DNA of 64,000 nt, taken from the NCBI GenBank assembly GCA_015709655.1, contig CP054181.1, positions 173,262 to 237,261 of the forward strand, in the 5' to 3' direction. The notes below the pieces were generated by a model that was given only the letters and a program-made list of their open reading frames with translations, did not search any database and was not told where the DNA came from. This stretch comes from Ignavibacteria bacterium. Its GTDB lineage: Bacteria; Bacteroidota; Ignavibacteria; Kapaibacteriales; Kapaibacteriaceae. Positions 39,096-48,686 of the stretch are shown in pieces (position 1 is the first letter of the stretch; each line of letters begins with the position of its first letter). The position numbers and the translations under genes were made by a program.

Positions 39096-39780
39096 CAGCT
39101 TTCATATCTGGATCTTGGGCGCGAGCGGTGGAATTGGTTCAGTACTTACCCGACTGCTTGCGGACAGCCACCGGCTGACGGTTACGGCACGGAATACTGA
39201 AAACCTTTCCGGATTACCCGTCGTACATGCCAACTGTAACATTGGCGACTCAGACAGCCTGCACTCCGCATTCAGTACGGCTACCCACACGCACGGTCCG
39301 GTTGATATTCTGGTGAACTGCGCGGGGATTGGGATATTCAATAAGGTTACCGATTGCTCCGAGCAGGATCTCGACCTTTTAATCAGCACCAATATGAAGG
39401 GGGCTATGGTTAGCACACGGCTGGTACTTCCAGCAATGCAAGCCCGGCGCCACGGGATGATTATTGACGTTAACAGCGTTGCATCACTCAAAGCGTTTCC
39501 GAACAACGCCGGGTATGCAGCCACAAAGGCGGGCATGCTGGCATGGTACCGATCTGTTCGCGAAGAGGTGCGGGAATATGGTGTTAAAGTCGTCACCGTT
39601 TTCGTTGGTGCCACCGATACCGATATATGGCCTGATGAGCCTCGCAATATGTATCATGACCGGATGCTGCAAGCCACCGATGCGGCATCTGTGATTGCCC
39701 TTCTGGTAAACACCTTCAACAACCCTCGAATGATGATTGAGGAGCTTACCGTCAGACCTCAGCTTGGCGACCTGCCGTAA
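39088..39780 (+). CDS. SDR-family oxidoreductase
   Basis: 230 aa from the ATG at 39088 (MADSFHIWILGASGGIGS), which overlaps the preceding stop (ATGGCTGA). The catalytic motif is YAATKAGM. The track's 5' extension to 38956 is out of frame with, and inside, the previous gene. Confidence 0.85.
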   Translation: MADSFHIWILGASGGIGSVLTRLLADSHRLTVTARNTENLSGLPVVHANCNIGDSDSLHSAFSTATHTHGPVDILVNCAGIGIFNKVTDCSEQDLDLLISTNMKGAMVSTRLVLPAMQARRHGMIIDVNSVASLKAFPNNAGYAATKAGMLAWYRSVREEVREYGVKVVTVFVGATDTDIWPDEPRNMYHDRMLQATDAASVIALLVNTFNNPRMMIEELTVRPQLGDLP

Positions 39781-39831
39781 TTGCATACCGTGCTGCCTGT
39801 CCGTCAGAGCATTATCCACACCATTCTGTCT

Positions 39832-39856
39832 ATACCGCTGTCAATCGGTATTTTTG
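39832..39856 (+). promoter_or_regulatory. hairpin (ATACCG-N8-CGGTAT) followed by TATTTTTG: weak terminator of the SDR gene and/or -7 promoter element of the CAP-domain gene
   Basis: A 6-bp stem plus T5 sits 50 nt after the SDR stop. TATTTTTG (39849-39856) fits TAnnTTTG and ends 29 nt before the ATG at 39885. Confidence 0.35.
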
Positions 39857-39884
39857 AGTAAGTTTTTTCATCAACGGAGATTAA

Positions 39885-41663
39885 ATGAATCAGTTTTTTC
39901 GCATAGGAGTCATACTCATCGTGCTTGGATGGTCAGTCAGCCTGCATTCCCAGGAATATGTGCATGGCGATCCCACACCCGAAGAGCAGTTGTTGCTGGA
40001 GATGATAAACCGGGCGCGCGCAAACCCTACAGCAGAGGGCATCAGGCTTATGGATAGTGCCGATGCCGATGTACAGCAAGCCTATACCTACTGGCAAATC
40101 AATAAAACGCAGACAAAAGCTGCATTCGCAGCATACCCATCACGTCCGCCTCTGGCCTTCCACCCAGCCTTGATACAGTCTTCCAGATTACATACAGCCG
40201 ACATGGTTACGAATAATTTCCAGGGTCACGTTGGAAGTAACGGAAGCCAGCTTAACCAGCGTCTTGCGGCTCAGGGCTATACCTCTATGGGGATGTACGG
40301 TGAAAACGTATCTGCCTACTCGAAAAGTGTCTGGTATGCACACTGTGGACTGAACGTTGACTGGGGTCCCGAAAATCAGGTTGAACTGGGCCATCGCTCC
40401 AATATCATGAATTTTGACGATCCTGTGTACATTGAGTGCGGCATCGGGATTCAGCACACCAGTGGTGGCATTATGCAAGGGACGGTCGGACCACTGGTCG
40501 TAACTCAGAATTTTGGTATCCGGAAGGATCGGTACATCACCGGTGTGGTGTATGGTGACAAAAACAACAATGGATTTTACGACATTGGTGAGGGGCTTTC
40601 AGGTGTTAAGATTCAGCCATCTCGCGGATCGTACTGGGCAGTGAGCAGCACCAGCGGCGGCTATGCTATTCCCTTTAGCGGTAACGGTTCAGTAACGGTA
40701 ACTGCCTCCGGTGGTGGCTTGTCAGAGCCTATCGCACTGACGGTGAACTTTACCGGCAACAACATTAAAGTTGATTTTGTGCCGGCATCCGCCGCTCCTG
40801 GTAAGGTTACCTTGATTTCACCGGTACATAACTCCAAAAACGTCGCTGCTCAGAATATCTCATTAACATGGCAGGCATCTCCGTTTATTACTGAATTTGA
40901 AATTGAAGTTTCTACTAACCCTGTGTTTGCGTCGGATGTGATCGTTCAGGAAACCATATCCGAGTCATCCTATGCCTTAAACGGACTTCGCTGCGGTACT
41001 GACTACTACTGGCACGTACGTGGTTCCAATTCCGAAGGCAAGGGTCAGTGGTCTGACGTGTTCAAGTTTACTACCGGCGGCACACCCCTGCTTAAGCCGA
41101 ACATCATCGGACCGAAGGGCAATGCAACATTTGACAACATGGGAACGATTGACTGTTCATGGGCAAAGACTTCCGGTACTGAGTTCTATCATGTGCGGTT
41201 TTCCACGTCGGCCTCCTTTGATGGTGTTTTCGCTCAGGATTCTGCTGTTAGCGGTACTTCGTTTGCGTTGCCCACTCAGGCACTGCCACCAGGAACTACG
41301 CGGTTTTACTGGCAGGTGCGCAGCGGCTCAGCCCAGTGTGGCTGGGGTGACTGGAGCAGCAACGCTCTGGTAACGCCAACAATAACCGGTGTTACCGAGC
41401 TGGCAGACATGAACGGATTGATGGAGGTATTCCCACTTCCCGCAACCAATACCTCGGTGGTGCGCTTCTCCCCTGCTCTTGGCGATATTTCATCCGTTCA
41501 GCTTTACTCAGTGGCCGGTGATATTATTGCTACCACTGCCGTTCACAGCAACACCATTGATCTGCAGGCAATGATGGCAGGAAAGCTCTCACCCGGAACG
41601 TACATTCTTGTTGCACACGGGAGCCGGCAAACTGCCTCGGTCATATTTCAGGCAAGCAACTAA
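39885..41663 (+). CDS. secreted CAP/SCP/PR-1 domain protein with two Fn3-like repeats and T9SS C-terminal domain
   Basis: 592 aa with a signal peptide. The CAP block is EMINRARANP...HTADMV..FQGH...GENV. There are two ~95-aa repeats (LTWQAS...YYWHVR and CSWAKT...FYWQVR). The C-terminal sorting-domain-like tail is MEVFPLPATNTSVVRF... Confidence 0.8.
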   Translation: MNQFFRIGVILIVLGWSVSLHSQEYVHGDPTPEEQLLLEMINRARANPTAEGIRLMDSADADVQQAYTYWQINKTQTKAAFAAYPSRPPLAFHPALIQSSRLHTADMVTNNFQGHVGSNGSQLNQRLAAQGYTSMGMYGENVSAYSKSVWYAHCGLNVDWGPENQVELGHRSNIMNFDDPVYIECGIGIQHTSGGIMQGTVGPLVVTQNFGIRKDRYITGVVYGDKNNNGFYDIGEGLSGVKIQPSRGSYWAVSSTSGGYAIPFSGNGSVTVTASGGGLSEPIALTVNFTGNNIKVDFVPASAAPGKVTLISPVHNSKNVAAQNISLTWQASPFITEFEIEVSTNPVFASDVIVQETISESSYALNGLRCGTDYYWHVRGSNSEGKGQWSDVFKFTTGGTPLLKPNIIGPKGNATFDNMGTIDCSWAKTSGTEFYHVRFSTSASFDGVFAQDSAVSGTSFALPTQALPPGTTRFYWQVRSGSAQCGWGDWSSNALVTPTITGVTELADMNGLMEVFPLPATNTSVVRFSPALGDISSVQLYSVAGDIIATTAVHSNTIDLQAMMAGKLSPGTYILVAHGSRQTASVIFQASN

Positions 41664-41692
41664 GCCAATACGTTAGAATACGTTAGTTTATC

Positions 41693-41725
41693 AAAAAAAA
41701 GCCCATGAACATGGGCTTTTTTTTT
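41693..41725. terminator. bidirectional rho-independent terminator
   Basis: A8-GCCCAT-GAAC-ATGGGC-T9, between the convergent CAP-domain gene (+) and the AlbA_2 regulator gene (-). Confidence 0.8.
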
Positions 41726-41740
41726 GTCGCCAGCTGTCCG

Positions 41741-42388
41741 TTACACTAATGTGAAGAAATCGTGTCCCGCTTCGTAGTTCACATGCAGCACACCCGCACG
41801 AACAAGTTTAACCAGAATCTGGGATGCCCGCCGTCGGGAGATGTTAACCAAACGTGCAAAATCATTAACACTGGCACGCCCGTATCGTTCAAGGTAGGCA
41901 AATAACCGCTGTTCACGATCACCTATTGAGAGCGTCATTGGCGGGCTATCGGGACGCATCCCGCGTAAGACCTTTACCATTTCACGTGAGGCTTCAACGC
42001 TTTCCTCGCCACGCCTGATAAACGCCTTCCTGTTCTTGCCGTTTACCGGAAGATCATCGGGTACAAACCAGTGTGGGCGCAACGAACTTCGTGGCACAAG
42101 CACTACTACGATATCCACGTACTCAATCTCAACGATGTCAATCGTGATGTCCAGTACCGGCGCTATATGGTGTAGGGCAACCTCAATAAGATTGCGCTCT
42201 TCCTTCTCGCTTTCTACACCAACAATTCTGCGGTCATCATCAACCCCCACAATAAGGTAGCCGCCTTCGGTATTGGCAAAGGCTATCATCTCTCGCGCAA
42301 ACTTGTCAACGCTGGTAAACTTTCGCTTAAACTCAACGGTTGAAGACTCGCCCGCAGAAATTAGCTCACGAAGTTTAGTTCGGTTCAT
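41741..42388 (-). CDS. AlbA_2 (Schlafen-like) DNA-binding domain protein with C-terminal winged-HTH; putative transcriptional regulator
   Basis: Start taken at the ATG at 42388 (MNRTKLRELISAGESSTVEFKRKF...), which forms an ATGA overlap with the upstream SBP stop. The block FANTEGGYLIVGVDD is typical of AlbA_2. The C-terminal HTH is VNDFARLVNISRRRASQILVKL. Confidence 0.75.
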   Translation of the reverse strand: MNRTKLRELISAGESSTVEFKRKFTSVDKFAREMIAFANTEGGYLIVGVDDDRRIVGVESEKEERNLIEVALHHIAPVLDITIDIVEIEYVDIVVVLVPRSSLRPHWFVPDDLPVNGKNRKAFIRRGEESVEASREMVKVLRGMRPDSPPMTLSIGDREQRLFAYLERYGRASVNDFARLVNISRRRASQILVKLVRAGVLHVNYEAGHDFFTLV

Positions 42389-44163
42389 GGTGCCGGAGCA
42401 AGCCTCCACTGCGACGTTGGAACCCACCATTGTCCGGGATTGAATCCGGGGCGAACATAGCTAAACTGAACATTATGAAGTCTCTTATTGTACACTGCCG
42501 GATAAAGAACGTTCCAGAGCATTGTGTAGGGTTGTTCATCGTAAACGATTTTCTGGAACTCAAGCATGTACTGACGTCGTTTTTCCGGATCAAATTCCGT
42601 GCGGTTTAATTCCATCAACTCATCAGCCCGTGCGTTACTAAAGCTGCAATAATTCGATCCCTTGTTCTCAATCTGCGAGCTGTGCCACAGCTGATAGGGG
42701 TCAGAGGGCATTGGATCGTTTACCCATGAACCAACGACAGCATCAAAGTTGTGTAGCCGAACATTATCAAGCCACACCGTCCAGTCCAGTTTTTTAATCG
42801 AGGCCTTAATGCCAACCTTCCTGAACTCATCAATCTGTAAGAGCATGATTTGCTCCCTGGTTTCATTACCAGTGTTAAGTAAGAACGTAAATTCAAAGTT
42901 GACCCTCTTGCCATCTACCATTCGGTCAAGCACGCCGTCGCTATTCGAGTCAGTCCATCCAGCCTGTGCCAGCAGCTCCTTTGCTTTTTCGGGCGAGTAT
43001 GAAATACTAGGGAGATCATGATCATATTCTTTCGATGACGGATAGAGTACGCTGTTCTGCGGTTCGGCCAAGCCCCTTGCCACCTGTTTGATTAACGCAT
43101 CACGGTCAACCAGATGTCCCAGTGCTGTACGAGTACGTTTATCATTAAACACCGGTCGGCGTGCATTCCACCCGATATACAGATATGCATTTGTTTTGTA
43201 TGGATGCTTCACCAGATATGGCATCGAGTTTGTGTCCACCTCATCCTGAAATTTTGCCGGAGGAACATATTCCATAAAATCCAGTTCCTGGTTTTTAAGA
43301 GCTACAACGGCAGTATTCCTGTCATTAACCACTTTATAAATAATTTTATCAGGGTATGCTGGTTTCTGTGGGTCCTTACCGGTGCGCCACCACCGGTCAT
43401 TCCTAGCAAGGATGACGCTTTCGCCGGGATTCCTCTCGGCATATACGTATGGTCCTGAGCCGATATTCAGCCGTGGTTCCAACTTGATCTCAGGTTTGTT
43501 GTACCACTCTGCAGCAGCCTTCATTGCTGAATTTATCCCGGCACTCTCCAGATTATTTGTCTCGGCAATAGAATAGCGATCTGTAAGGTTGTTTGGATCC
43601 TGAATGTGTTTGGGTTGTACCAACAACATTCCAAGCTGCATGTCGGCAAGGAAGTATGGTTTGGCCATCACCACCGTCAGCGACCGTTTATCATGCTTAA
43701 CAACATCGGCAACATCCATGTAATAGTTGCGATTGGGTGCTGCATCGATAACCAGCGGGTTTTTAATGATTTTTAATGTAAAGATAACGTCATCAACGGT
43801 CACCGGGTGTCCGTCGCTAAACGTAATATCGTCCCGCAGCCTGAATGTGTACTGCAGGTGATCATCTGATATTTTCGGCATTTCGGCTGCCAGGACAGGC
43901 TGAAGTTCAAGTGTTGTAAAGTTTTGTTCCAGAAGCGGTTCGTAAACCTGTATAGCAATCGCCTGTCCGGAGGCGTCGTTGGTAACAATGGGATTCAGGC
44001 CCTCGGGATCGCTGAGCTCGTGAACAACCACCCATTCACCTGCCACAGGAGTAAGGTCAGCAGCATCCTGAACCTGGCTATTACCGCCCCCGCAGGCAGC
44101 AAGGATCACGGTACACAGCGGTATAAATACTGCAAGGCGGAACCCGATACAGTTACTCATCAT
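42385..44163 (-). CDS. ABC transporter substrate-binding protein, family 5 (peptide/nickel, OppA/DppA-like), lipoprotein
   Basis: Start placed at MMSNCIGFRLAVFIPLCTVILAAC (lipobox), overlapping the hprK stop by 11 nt (8 nt if the second ATG at 44160 is used). It has the SBP_bac_5-like length and blocks. No permease or ATPase gene is adjacent. Confidence 0.85.
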   Translation of the reverse strand: MMSNCIGFRLAVFIPLCTVILAACGGGNSQVQDAADLTPVAGEWVVVHELSDPEGLNPIVTNDASGQAIAIQVYEPLLEQNFTTLELQPVLAAEMPKISDDHLQYTFRLRDDITFSDGHPVTVDDVIFTLKIIKNPLVIDAAPNRNYYMDVADVVKHDKRSLTVVMAKPYFLADMQLGMLLVQPKHIQDPNNLTDRYSIAETNNLESAGINSAMKAAAEWYNKPEIKLEPRLNIGSGPYVYAERNPGESVILARNDRWWRTGKDPQKPAYPDKIIYKVVNDRNTAVVALKNQELDFMEYVPPAKFQDEVDTNSMPYLVKHPYKTNAYLYIGWNARRPVFNDKRTRTALGHLVDRDALIKQVARGLAEPQNSVLYPSSKEYDHDLPSISYSPEKAKELLAQAGWTDSNSDGVLDRMVDGKRVNFEFTFLLNTGNETREQIMLLQIDEFRKVGIKASIKKLDWTVWLDNVRLHNFDAVVGSWVNDPMPSDPYQLWHSSQIENKGSNYCSFSNARADELMELNRTEFDPEKRRQYMLEFQKIVYDEQPYTMLWNVLYPAVYNKRLHNVQFSYVRPGFNPGQWWVPTSQWRLAPAP

Positions 44164-45214
44164 CGCTTTGAAAGTATGTGATCTGACGCTGATCGAAGGG
44201 TCCTTTCTCATGTTCACGTCGGCGTATTTCCTGTTCAAGTCTGTCGGCAAATTCTCTGGATGCATTGTAGCCATAGGTTTTTAGTAGATAGTTTAAAGCA
44301 ATTGTTTCGCTGATAACGGTTACGTTCTTACCCGGGAATATGGGAAGCTTTACAGTAGTAATCGGAACGTCAAGAAGGTTGGAGATGCTCTCGTCCAAAC
44401 CTGTCCTGTTGTATTCACGCTTGGGGTCGAACACCTCGAGTTCAACGATAATTTCGAGTCGTTTCTGAAAACGAATTGAGCGGATACCGAACATTTGGCG
44501 AACATCAATCACACCGAGGCCTCTGATTTCCATAAAGTGTCTGACCAATGACGTTCCGGTACCCATGAGAATACTCTCGCGTTTCTTGGTAAACACTACG
44601 ATATCATCAGCCACAAGACGGTGGCCTCGTTCTACAAGATCAAGGGCGATCTCACTTTTTCCAATTCCGCTTTTCCCAACAAAGAGGATGCCCACCCCGT
44701 ACACATCAGCAAAGGAGCCATGGACGGTGATTTGCTCACTAAACTGATCATCAAGGAACTCACCAAGGAGATACGTGGTTTTGTTTGTATCGAATGGCGT
44801 AGAAAGAATTGCTACGTTATGCTCAACAGCAATGTCAACCAGATCGGGTGGTACGGTGTGACCATTGGCGCAAACGATGCATGGGACGTTGAAATCACAG
44901 ATTGTGCGAAACGCAATCCGCCGTTTTTCCTGGTCGAGCGTTTTCAGGAGGTAAAAAAACTCAGTATTACCAAATAGCTGTACCCGTGAAAACGAGAACA
45001 ACTCAGTGAAGCCTGCTAGAGCCAGTTGCGGACGATGCAAGTTTTTATCGGTAATCAGATTATCCAGACCAACATCCCCCGTTACCGCATGCAGGTTAAC
45101 GGGGCCAGTGAGTAACTCTCGCACCGTAATTGATTCTTTAACGACGGGTTTTGAAGGAAGAGCGGACGAAGGCATGTGTGGGGCTGAAATTTGAATAAAG
45201 TGTTCAGATACCAA
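44153..45214 (-). CDS. hprK: HPr kinase/phosphorylase
   Basis: P-loop is GKSGIGKSEIALDL. The signature is MEIRGLGVIDV. Start could be the later ATG (MPSSALP). Confidence 0.9.
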   Translation of the reverse strand: MVSEHFIQISAPHMPSSALPSKPVVKESITVRELLTGPVNLHAVTGDVGLDNLITDKNLHRPQLALAGFTELFSFSRVQLFGNTEFFYLLKTLDQEKRRIAFRTICDFNVPCIVCANGHTVPPDLVDIAVEHNVAILSTPFDTNKTTYLLGEFLDDQFSEQITVHGSFADVYGVGILFVGKSGIGKSEIALDLVERGHRLVADDIVVFTKKRESILMGTGTSLVRHFMEIRGLGVIDVRQMFGIRSIRFQKRLEIIVELEVFDPKREYNRTGLDESISNLLDVPITTVKLPIFPGKNVTVISETIALNYLLKTYGYNASREFADRLEQEIRRREHEKGPFDQRQITYFQSDDE

Positions 45215-45217
45215 GTG

Positions 45218-45511
45218 CTATTGAATCCCGGCTTGCTGTTTTTGCTTAATCTTCTGAAGCTGGCGGACCACTTTTTCCTTGGCATCGTTCAGGGCTTTCA
45301 CGTGATCGGGCCCGTGTTCGCGGGCTACAACGGTATGCCCCTGTACTCGTACCGCAAACTCAGCCCACTTAACCCCGGCATCTTCAAGTGCCACAACATC
45401 AACGCGGTGGATTGAATCATGAAATCTGGTGAGCTGTTCTGCTGCCTTTACGAACAATTCGTGTTCTTCTTCCGTTAGTCTGCACTTCCGAGTGCTGATA
45501 TGAACATCCAT
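45218..45511 (-). CDS. hpf: ribosome hibernation promoting factor / RaiA (short form)
   Basis: 97 aa from the ATG at 45511, which is preceded by SD AAAGGAG. MDVHISTRK...LTEEEHELF...VVALED is the typical sigma-54-modulation-protein fold pattern. Confidence 0.85.
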   Translation of the reverse strand: MDVHISTRKCRLTEEEHELFVKAAEQLTRFHDSIHRVDVVALEDAGVKWAEFAVRVQGHTVVAREHGPDHVKALNDAKEKVVRQLQKIKQKQQAGIQ

Positions 45512-45599
45512 GATTACTCCTTTCACATAATAATTTGGAAGAAATCTGTTGATCGGGCTGTACTGCTAATCTAATCACAATCCTTTGGATAATTCAGGA

Positions 45600-46472
45600 T
45601 TATTCATTCACAATCACCGTAATACCCAATTTCAGCACGATACCGCCTGAATCAATCGTGTATGGCCGAAACAGTCCCTCAGGCGGCTGCGTGATTGTTC
45701 GGGCAGTCCATGCAAAGAACCGGTCTGTTACGGGTAGCCACTGATACCCAACTTCAAAGAATACCCCGGGGCGAACGGTTGATTCTCTTGGGGTATCGAA
45801 TCCAAGGAACACACCACTCCTGATCATTACCGTTGGTGCTGCAACCCATGAGTTGTACCGCACACCGCCGGTGCGCCCACCCGGCAATGATGTTTCGGAG
45901 AGGACCTCATCCCAGTAAACAGCTACTGGACTAACACCAAGGCCGCCGCCGATATACCCGGTAAACTGTCGGTGACCAGGCCAGTAATCAGCTGTAAGCA
46001 TAAGTGGGATACTTGTAACCGTGATCGTTTGTGTATTGCTCTGCGCCGGTCCGATTGGCGTTGCCAGCTCTTCGGGATTGTACATAAAGGTTTCCCGAAC
46101 GGCTGCTTTACGATACCCGACCGCAATACCAATGCAGACATTATCAAACTGGTAGCTTGAAACCGAGAACCCAGCGCCGATGGGGATCTCAAACCCGGGA
46201 GTCTTCCCTCCAAGGTATGACCGGTAATCCGAAAAAAAGTCAGCGGCCTGGGTGCCCAGTGTCCAGTTCACATCTGCACGAATGGAAAGGGGCTTCCCCT
46301 CTTTCCCGGCTACTCCGTGGATAGCGACTATAAGGGTAGCACGCCAGTTGCAACTGATCGGAGCAACGTAGAGCGTATCACAAGCGGAATCCTTAGGGTT
46401 ACAGAATTCGCTTGCCCATCGACGACGCAACAACGCCGGAGGCAAACTCTGCTGTTTTATTCCTGTCATCAA
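45600..46472 (-). CDS. hypothetical beta-strand-rich protein (possible outer-membrane beta-barrel)
   Basis: 290 aa as given in the track. It has an alternating hydrophobic pattern and Gly/aromatic-rich strands, but no clear signal peptide. The 5' 74 nt overlap the arginase 3' end. The only in-frame alternative start downstream is the GTG at 46271. Confidence 0.45.
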   Translation of the reverse strand: MMTGIKQQSLPPALLRRRWASEFCNPKDSACDTLYVAPISCNWRATLIVAIHGVAGKEGKPLSIRADVNWTLGTQAADFFSDYRSYLGGKTPGFEIPIGAGFSVSSYQFDNVCIGIAVGYRKAAVRETFMYNPEELATPIGPAQSNTQTITVTSIPLMLTADYWPGHRQFTGYIGGGLGVSPVAVYWDEVLSETSLPGGRTGGVRYNSWVAAPTVMIRSGVFLGFDTPRESTVRPGVFFEVGYQWLPVTDRFFAWTARTITQPPEGLFRPYTIDSGGIVLKLGITVIVNE

Positions 46473-47319
46473 GAATTGGATTTACCTCTGCAACCTCGAG
46501 CGACGCATACGCTTCGATTTGGGAAATCATTTCCATCAGCAGGTGGGTTTCGCGGTACGTTAAGCCACCGGGTACCGGTGTGCCAACCCCAGTTGCTACC
46601 GAGGGATCAACACCGTCAACGTCGAACGAAATATGCAGATGGTCAACCGATCTCGACATCACCTCAAGGACCCGGGAGGCAACTTCGTACATACCCAACC
46701 GGTCAATATCAAACATGGTATAGGCAGCAATTCCCAGTTCGTGGATAAGCTCGCGTTCTCCCTGGTCAATGGAGCGTAAACCGATGATTGCAAGGTTGCG
46801 CGGATCAAGCTTAGGGAAGTCACCGCCAATCGTTGTAAGTGACGGATGACCGTACCCCATGGCCACGGCAAGAGGCATACCGTGGATATTCCCTGATGGC
46901 GTGGTTTCAGCCGTATTCATGTCGGCATGAGCATCAATCCACAACACACCCAACGTTTTGCCCTGTTCCTTGCAGTGACGTCCGATTCCAGCCAGCGATC
47001 CAATGCTCATACTGTGATCGCCGCCCAGAATCAGCGGGAACTCGCCATCGTCAAGCGTTGATTTTACGCGGTCGCAGAGCACATGACTCATTTCGGCAAC
47101 CTCAGGCAGATATTTCAGTTTCGAGTTTGCCTCTTCCTGAACCTCAATGGTACGAATTGGAATATCGCCTTCATCAACCACATTGTAGCCGAGCGCCCGC
47201 AGCCGCTCGTCAACATTGGCAATTCGCATTGCCGACGGCCCCATATCCACTCCACGCCGATCGGCACCAAGGTCAATCGGGAAACCAAGAAGACGTACAC
47301 TGGTAGATCGGTCACGCAT
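46399..47319 (-). CDS. rocF: arginase (ureohydrolase family)
   Basis: 306 aa with Mn-binding motifs GGDHSMS, DAHADMN and SFDVDGVDP. Arginase versus agmatinase cannot be settled by eye. Confidence 0.8.
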   Translation of the reverse strand: MRDRSTSVRLLGFPIDLGADRRGVDMGPSAMRIANVDERLRALGYNVVDEGDIPIRTIEVQEEANSKLKYLPEVAEMSHVLCDRVKSTLDDGEFPLILGGDHSMSIGSLAGIGRHCKEQGKTLGVLWIDAHADMNTAETTPSGNIHGMPLAVAMGYGHPSLTTIGGDFPKLDPRNLAIIGLRSIDQGERELIHELGIAAYTMFDIDRLGMYEVASRVLEVMSRSVDHLHISFDVDGVDPSVATGVGTPVPGGLTYRETHLLMEMISQIEAYASLEVAEVNPILDDRNKTAEFASGVVASSMGKRIL

Positions 47320-48163
47320 TCGGCACCTTTAGATACTTTATAATCTTCGTGAGCATATCTTTTAACTCGGTTCGTGCTACCACCATATCCAGAAAGCCGT
47401 GGTCCAGCAGAAATTCAGAGCGCTGGAAACCTTCGGGTAATTTTTTTCGTATGGTTTGTTCGATAACGCGCGGCCCTGCAAAGCCAATCAGGGCTTTGGG
47501 TTCGCCAATGATGATATCGCCCAGCATTGCATACGATGCGCTTACCCCGCCCGTGGTAGGGTCAGTAAGGATCGAGATATAGGGAATACCGGCCTCGGAG
47601 AGTTCACTGAGGATGGCGCTGGTCTTGGCCATTTGCATCAGCGACAGAGCAGCCTCCTGCATCCTGGCACCTCCTGAGGCGCTGATAAACACAAACGGCA
47701 TAGCCCCTTCCAGAGATCGTCGGGCTGCACGTGTGAATTTCTCTCCAACCACACTGCCCATCGATCCGCCAATAAAGCCAAAGTTCATGCACCCGAACGA
47801 AACAGGATTCCCGCCGATGGTTCCTGTTCCGGTGGTAACAGCATCGGGCAATTTTGTTTTGTTGTATGCCTCGCGCAACCGGTCTGCATACGGACGAGTA
47901 TCAGAGAACTTCAACGGATCCGCGGAGCGAACTGTGCTATCAGCCTCTTGCCACGTTCCGTCATCAATCAGAATGCTGATATAGTTTGACGCTGCAATCC
48001 GGAAGTGATGGCTACACGATCTGCATGTGTATGCATGCTGCTCAAGTTCTTTCCTGTACAGGACCGTTGAGCATGACGGACACTTCGTCCACAGTCCATC
48101 GGGCATATCCCGTACTGACCGTGTTTCCTCGATATTCTGTGATTTCCGGTGGAACCATGCCAT
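47312..48163 (-). CDS. accD: acetyl-CoA carboxylase carboxyltransferase subunit beta
   Basis: 283 aa with the N-terminal zinc ribbon CPSC-x15-CRSC and the carboxyltransferase block GGSMGSVVGEK. Confidence 0.9.
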   Translation of the reverse strand: MAWFHRKSQNIEETRSVRDMPDGLWTKCPSCSTVLYRKELEQHAYTCRSCSHHFRIAASNYISILIDDGTWQEADSTVRSADPLKFSDTRPYADRLREAYNKTKLPDAVTTGTGTIGGNPVSFGCMNFGFIGGSMGSVVGEKFTRAARRSLEGAMPFVFISASGGARMQEAALSLMQMAKTSAILSELSEAGIPYISILTDPTTGGVSASYAMLGDIIIGEPKALIGFAGPRVIEQTIRKKLPEGFQRSEFLLDHGFLDMVVARTELKDMLTKIIKYLKVPNA

Positions 48164-48183
48164 GAAGTTTTCGCCAGTGGTGA

Positions 48184-48660
48184 TTATTTGCTGATGTTAA
48201 GAATTTCGTACTGGAGAATCCCGGCCGGGACCCTGGTCTCTACCAAATCACCAACTACCTTGCCCATCAACGCTTTGCCCAGGGGGCTGGTGACTGATAG
48301 TTTGTTCTGTTCAAAATCGGCCTCTTCCGGACTCACCAGCTGATAGTCAACTTCCTTGTTTGTTTTCTTATTCAGAAGTTTAACGTTTGACAGGATATAC
48401 ACCTTATCGTCCGGGAAGTCGGACTTGTCAATCACCTGTGCTCGTGCAAGTGTACTTTCCAGTTTCGAAATCCGGATCTCGAGAAGCTCCTGAGCATGTT
48501 TCGCTGCATCGTAATCTGCATTCTCGGACAAATCGCCGTGCGACCGTGCGTCGGCAATCTTTTGGGCAATATCCTTCCGTCCACGACCTTTTAAGTCGTG
48601 CAGTTCCAGCTGAATAGCTTCCAGATGCTCCCGTGTTACATAAATGGCATTACCGCCCAT
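48184..48660 (-). CDS. greA: transcription elongation factor GreA
   Basis: 158 aa with SD GGAG. The coiled-coil N-domain contains HGDLSENADYDAAK, followed by the C-terminal FKBP-like domain. Confidence 0.92.
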   Translation of the reverse strand: MGGNAIYVTREHLEAIQLELHDLKGRGRKDIAQKIADARSHGDLSENADYDAAKHAQELLEIRISKLESTLARAQVIDKSDFPDDKVYILSNVKLLNKKTNKEVDYQLVSPEEADFEQNKLSVTSPLGKALMGKVVGDLVETRVPAGILQYEILNISK

Positions 48661-48686
48661 GGGTTACTCCTTTGGTAATAATACCG

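Noticed and set aside
39812-39820. Perfect DnaA box TTATCCACA
   Set aside because: It is a single copy in a 104-nt spacer, and about 0.5 such 9-mers are expected by chance in 64 kb on two strands. There is no cluster of boxes, AT-rich unwinding element or dnaA/dnaN nearby.
41667-41686. Tandem direct repeat AATACGTTAG x2 just after the CAP-domain gene stop
   Set aside because: There are only two 10-nt copies with no spacers, so it is not CRISPR-like or a microsatellite of note. It is probably a slippage duplication upstream of the terminator.
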